Source: PVC group bacterium (GTDB taxonomy: Bacteria; GCA-001730085; JADFSZ01). From it: DNA of 7,096 nt. Made by a program: the position numbers and the translations under genes. The stretch spans positions 1 to 7,096 of the forward strand of contig JADFSZ010000090.1 of assembly GCA_022560555.1 (NCBI GenBank). The letters run 5' to 3'. Below are positions 6,870 through 7,096 of this stretch, one piece after another. The first letter of the stretch is position 1. Every line of letters starts with the position of its first letter. The notes under the pieces are model-generated. The model was not told the DNA's origin and did no database searches. It was given only the letters and a program-made list of their open reading frames with translations.

Positions 6870-6879
6870 AATAACGCAT
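6861..6879. repeat. Perfect inverted repeat ATGCGTTA-AAA-TAACGCAT: candidate enhancer (UAS) for the sigma-54 activator, or a weak transcript-end hairpin
   Basis: Read directly: 6861-6868 ATGCGTTA is the exact reverse complement of 6872-6879 TAACGCAT, with a 3-nt spacer. The centre lies ~105 nt upstream of the -24 element, roughly -130 from the predicted start. The core TGCGTT-N5-AACGCA has the same dyad geometry as NtrC-type sites (TGCACC-N5-GGTGCA). The sequence after it (TTATGTGTG) is not a convincing U-tract. Confidence 0.5.
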
Positions 6880-6973
6880 TATGTGTGAAAATTCTCTAAA
6901 ACCTACGAGTCATACCAAGATCATTTTATTGCAACCATTTCGTAAATTTAACGTTATATCTATTCCATACATT

Positions 6974-6989
6974 TGGTACAGTAGTTGCA
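6974..6989 (+). promoter_or_regulatory. Sigma-54 (RpoN) -24/-12 promoter
   Basis: TGGTAC-AGTAG-TTGCA against the consensus TGGCAC-N5-TTGCW. GG is at 6975-6976 and GC at 6987-6988, with the exact canonical 12-nt register. The only core mismatch is C to T. It is oriented toward the ORF at 7051, about 60 nt downstream, and sits within 1.6 kb of a sigma-54-dependent activator gene. Confidence 0.75.
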
Positions 6990-7035
6990 TATGTGATAGA
7001 GAATTAGAAAAAAACTTCAGAAAATCAGAAAAACA

Positions 7036-7042
7036 GAGGAGG
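7036..7042 (+). promoter_or_regulatory. Shine-Dalgarno sequence of the prepilin-like gene
   Basis: GAGGAGG lies 8 nt upstream of ATG 7051. It is the strongest SD in the window; several upstream genes have none that I can see. Confidence 0.8.
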
Positions 7043-7050
7043 CGATTAGT

Positions 7051-7096
7051 ATGAAAAAGAAACAGAAGGCTAACAAGCATGCTTTTACACTGATCG
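7051..7096 (+). CDS. Prepilin-type N-terminal cleavage/methylation domain protein (type IV pilin or T2SS pseudopilin-like). Only the first 15 codons are in the window.
   Basis: MKKKQKANKHAFTLI followed by g.. (the next codon could be GAA/GAG, Glu). This gives a short basic leader followed by FTLI(E), the class III signal peptide motif [G/A]|FTLIE. Supported by a strong SD and a sigma-54 promoter upstream. Truncated by the window edge, so the hydrophobic helix and the rest of the protein are unseen. Confidence 0.65.
   Translation, partial: MKKKQKANKHAFTLI

Noticed and set aside
6861-6890. The 6861-6879 hairpin as a canonical Rho-independent terminator
   Set aside because: The stem is 8 bp with only 3 G:C pairs, the loop is 3 nt, and the trailing sequence TTATGTGTGAA is not a U-tract. 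It is kept only as an alternative interpretation in the findings, not called as a terminator.
6919-6931. IHF-like site GATCATTTTATTG between the palindrome and the sigma-54 promoter
   Set aside because: It has two mismatches to WATCAANNNNTTR in an AT-rich region where such near-matches are expected by chance. It may still be worth testing if the promoter is validated, but the sequence alone does not support it.
6949-6956. 8-bp palindrome TAACGTTA about 20 bp upstream of the -24 element, sharing TAACG/CGTTA with the 6861-6879 dyad
   Set aside because: A 4-pair AT-rich palindrome is expected roughly once in a region of this size by chance. The similarity to the larger dyad is only 5 nt.
1-7096. 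Scan for CRISPR arrays, IS/transposon ends, integrase or recombinase genes, tRNA/rRNA and long direct repeats
   Set aside because: Nothing of the kind was seen by eye. All long ORFs are accounted for, and the only sizeable non-coding stretch (6870-7050) contains promoter-like elements rather than repeats-and-spacers or tRNA-like structure.

Overview
The window is AT-rich and holds one co-directional (+ strand), tightly packed gene array. All homology calls come from reading the ORF translations and recalling family signatures. No searches were run.

The first ~2.7 kb is a conserved housekeeping block: a 5'-truncated yicC/yloC-family gene, gmk, rpoZ, then CoA-biosynthesis genes coaC and coaB as two separate ORFs rather than the usual fused coaBC (dfp). 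This is the same order as B. subtilis yloC-gmk-rpoZ-coaBC.

An accessory-looking module starts only 4 nt after coaB:
- A six-transmembrane histidine kinase with no periplasmic or PAS domain (2697-4034).
- An overlapping NtrC-family sigma-54-dependent response regulator (4024-5376).
- A GT-C-fold (GT39/PMT_2, ArnT-like) membrane glycosyltransferase (5401-6729). Its apparent C-terminus continues out of frame to 6869, after an A6 run.
- A ~180-nt intergenic region with a perfect 8+8 inverted repeat (6861-6879), a near-consensus sigma-54 -24/-12 promoter (TGGTAC-N5-TTGCA, 6974-6989) and a strong GAGGAGG ribosome-binding site.
- The first 15 codons of a gene with a prepilin-type class III signal peptide (MKKKQKANKHA|FTLI..., 7051 to the window end).

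The most interesting reading is a PilS/PilR-like, sigma-54-driven pilin or pseudopilin expression circuit with a glycosyltransferase inserted between regulator and pilin. The glycosyltransferase may modify the pilin. This is inference and needs downstream sequence and homology searches. I saw no rRNA, tRNA, CRISPR array, IS element or large repeat.
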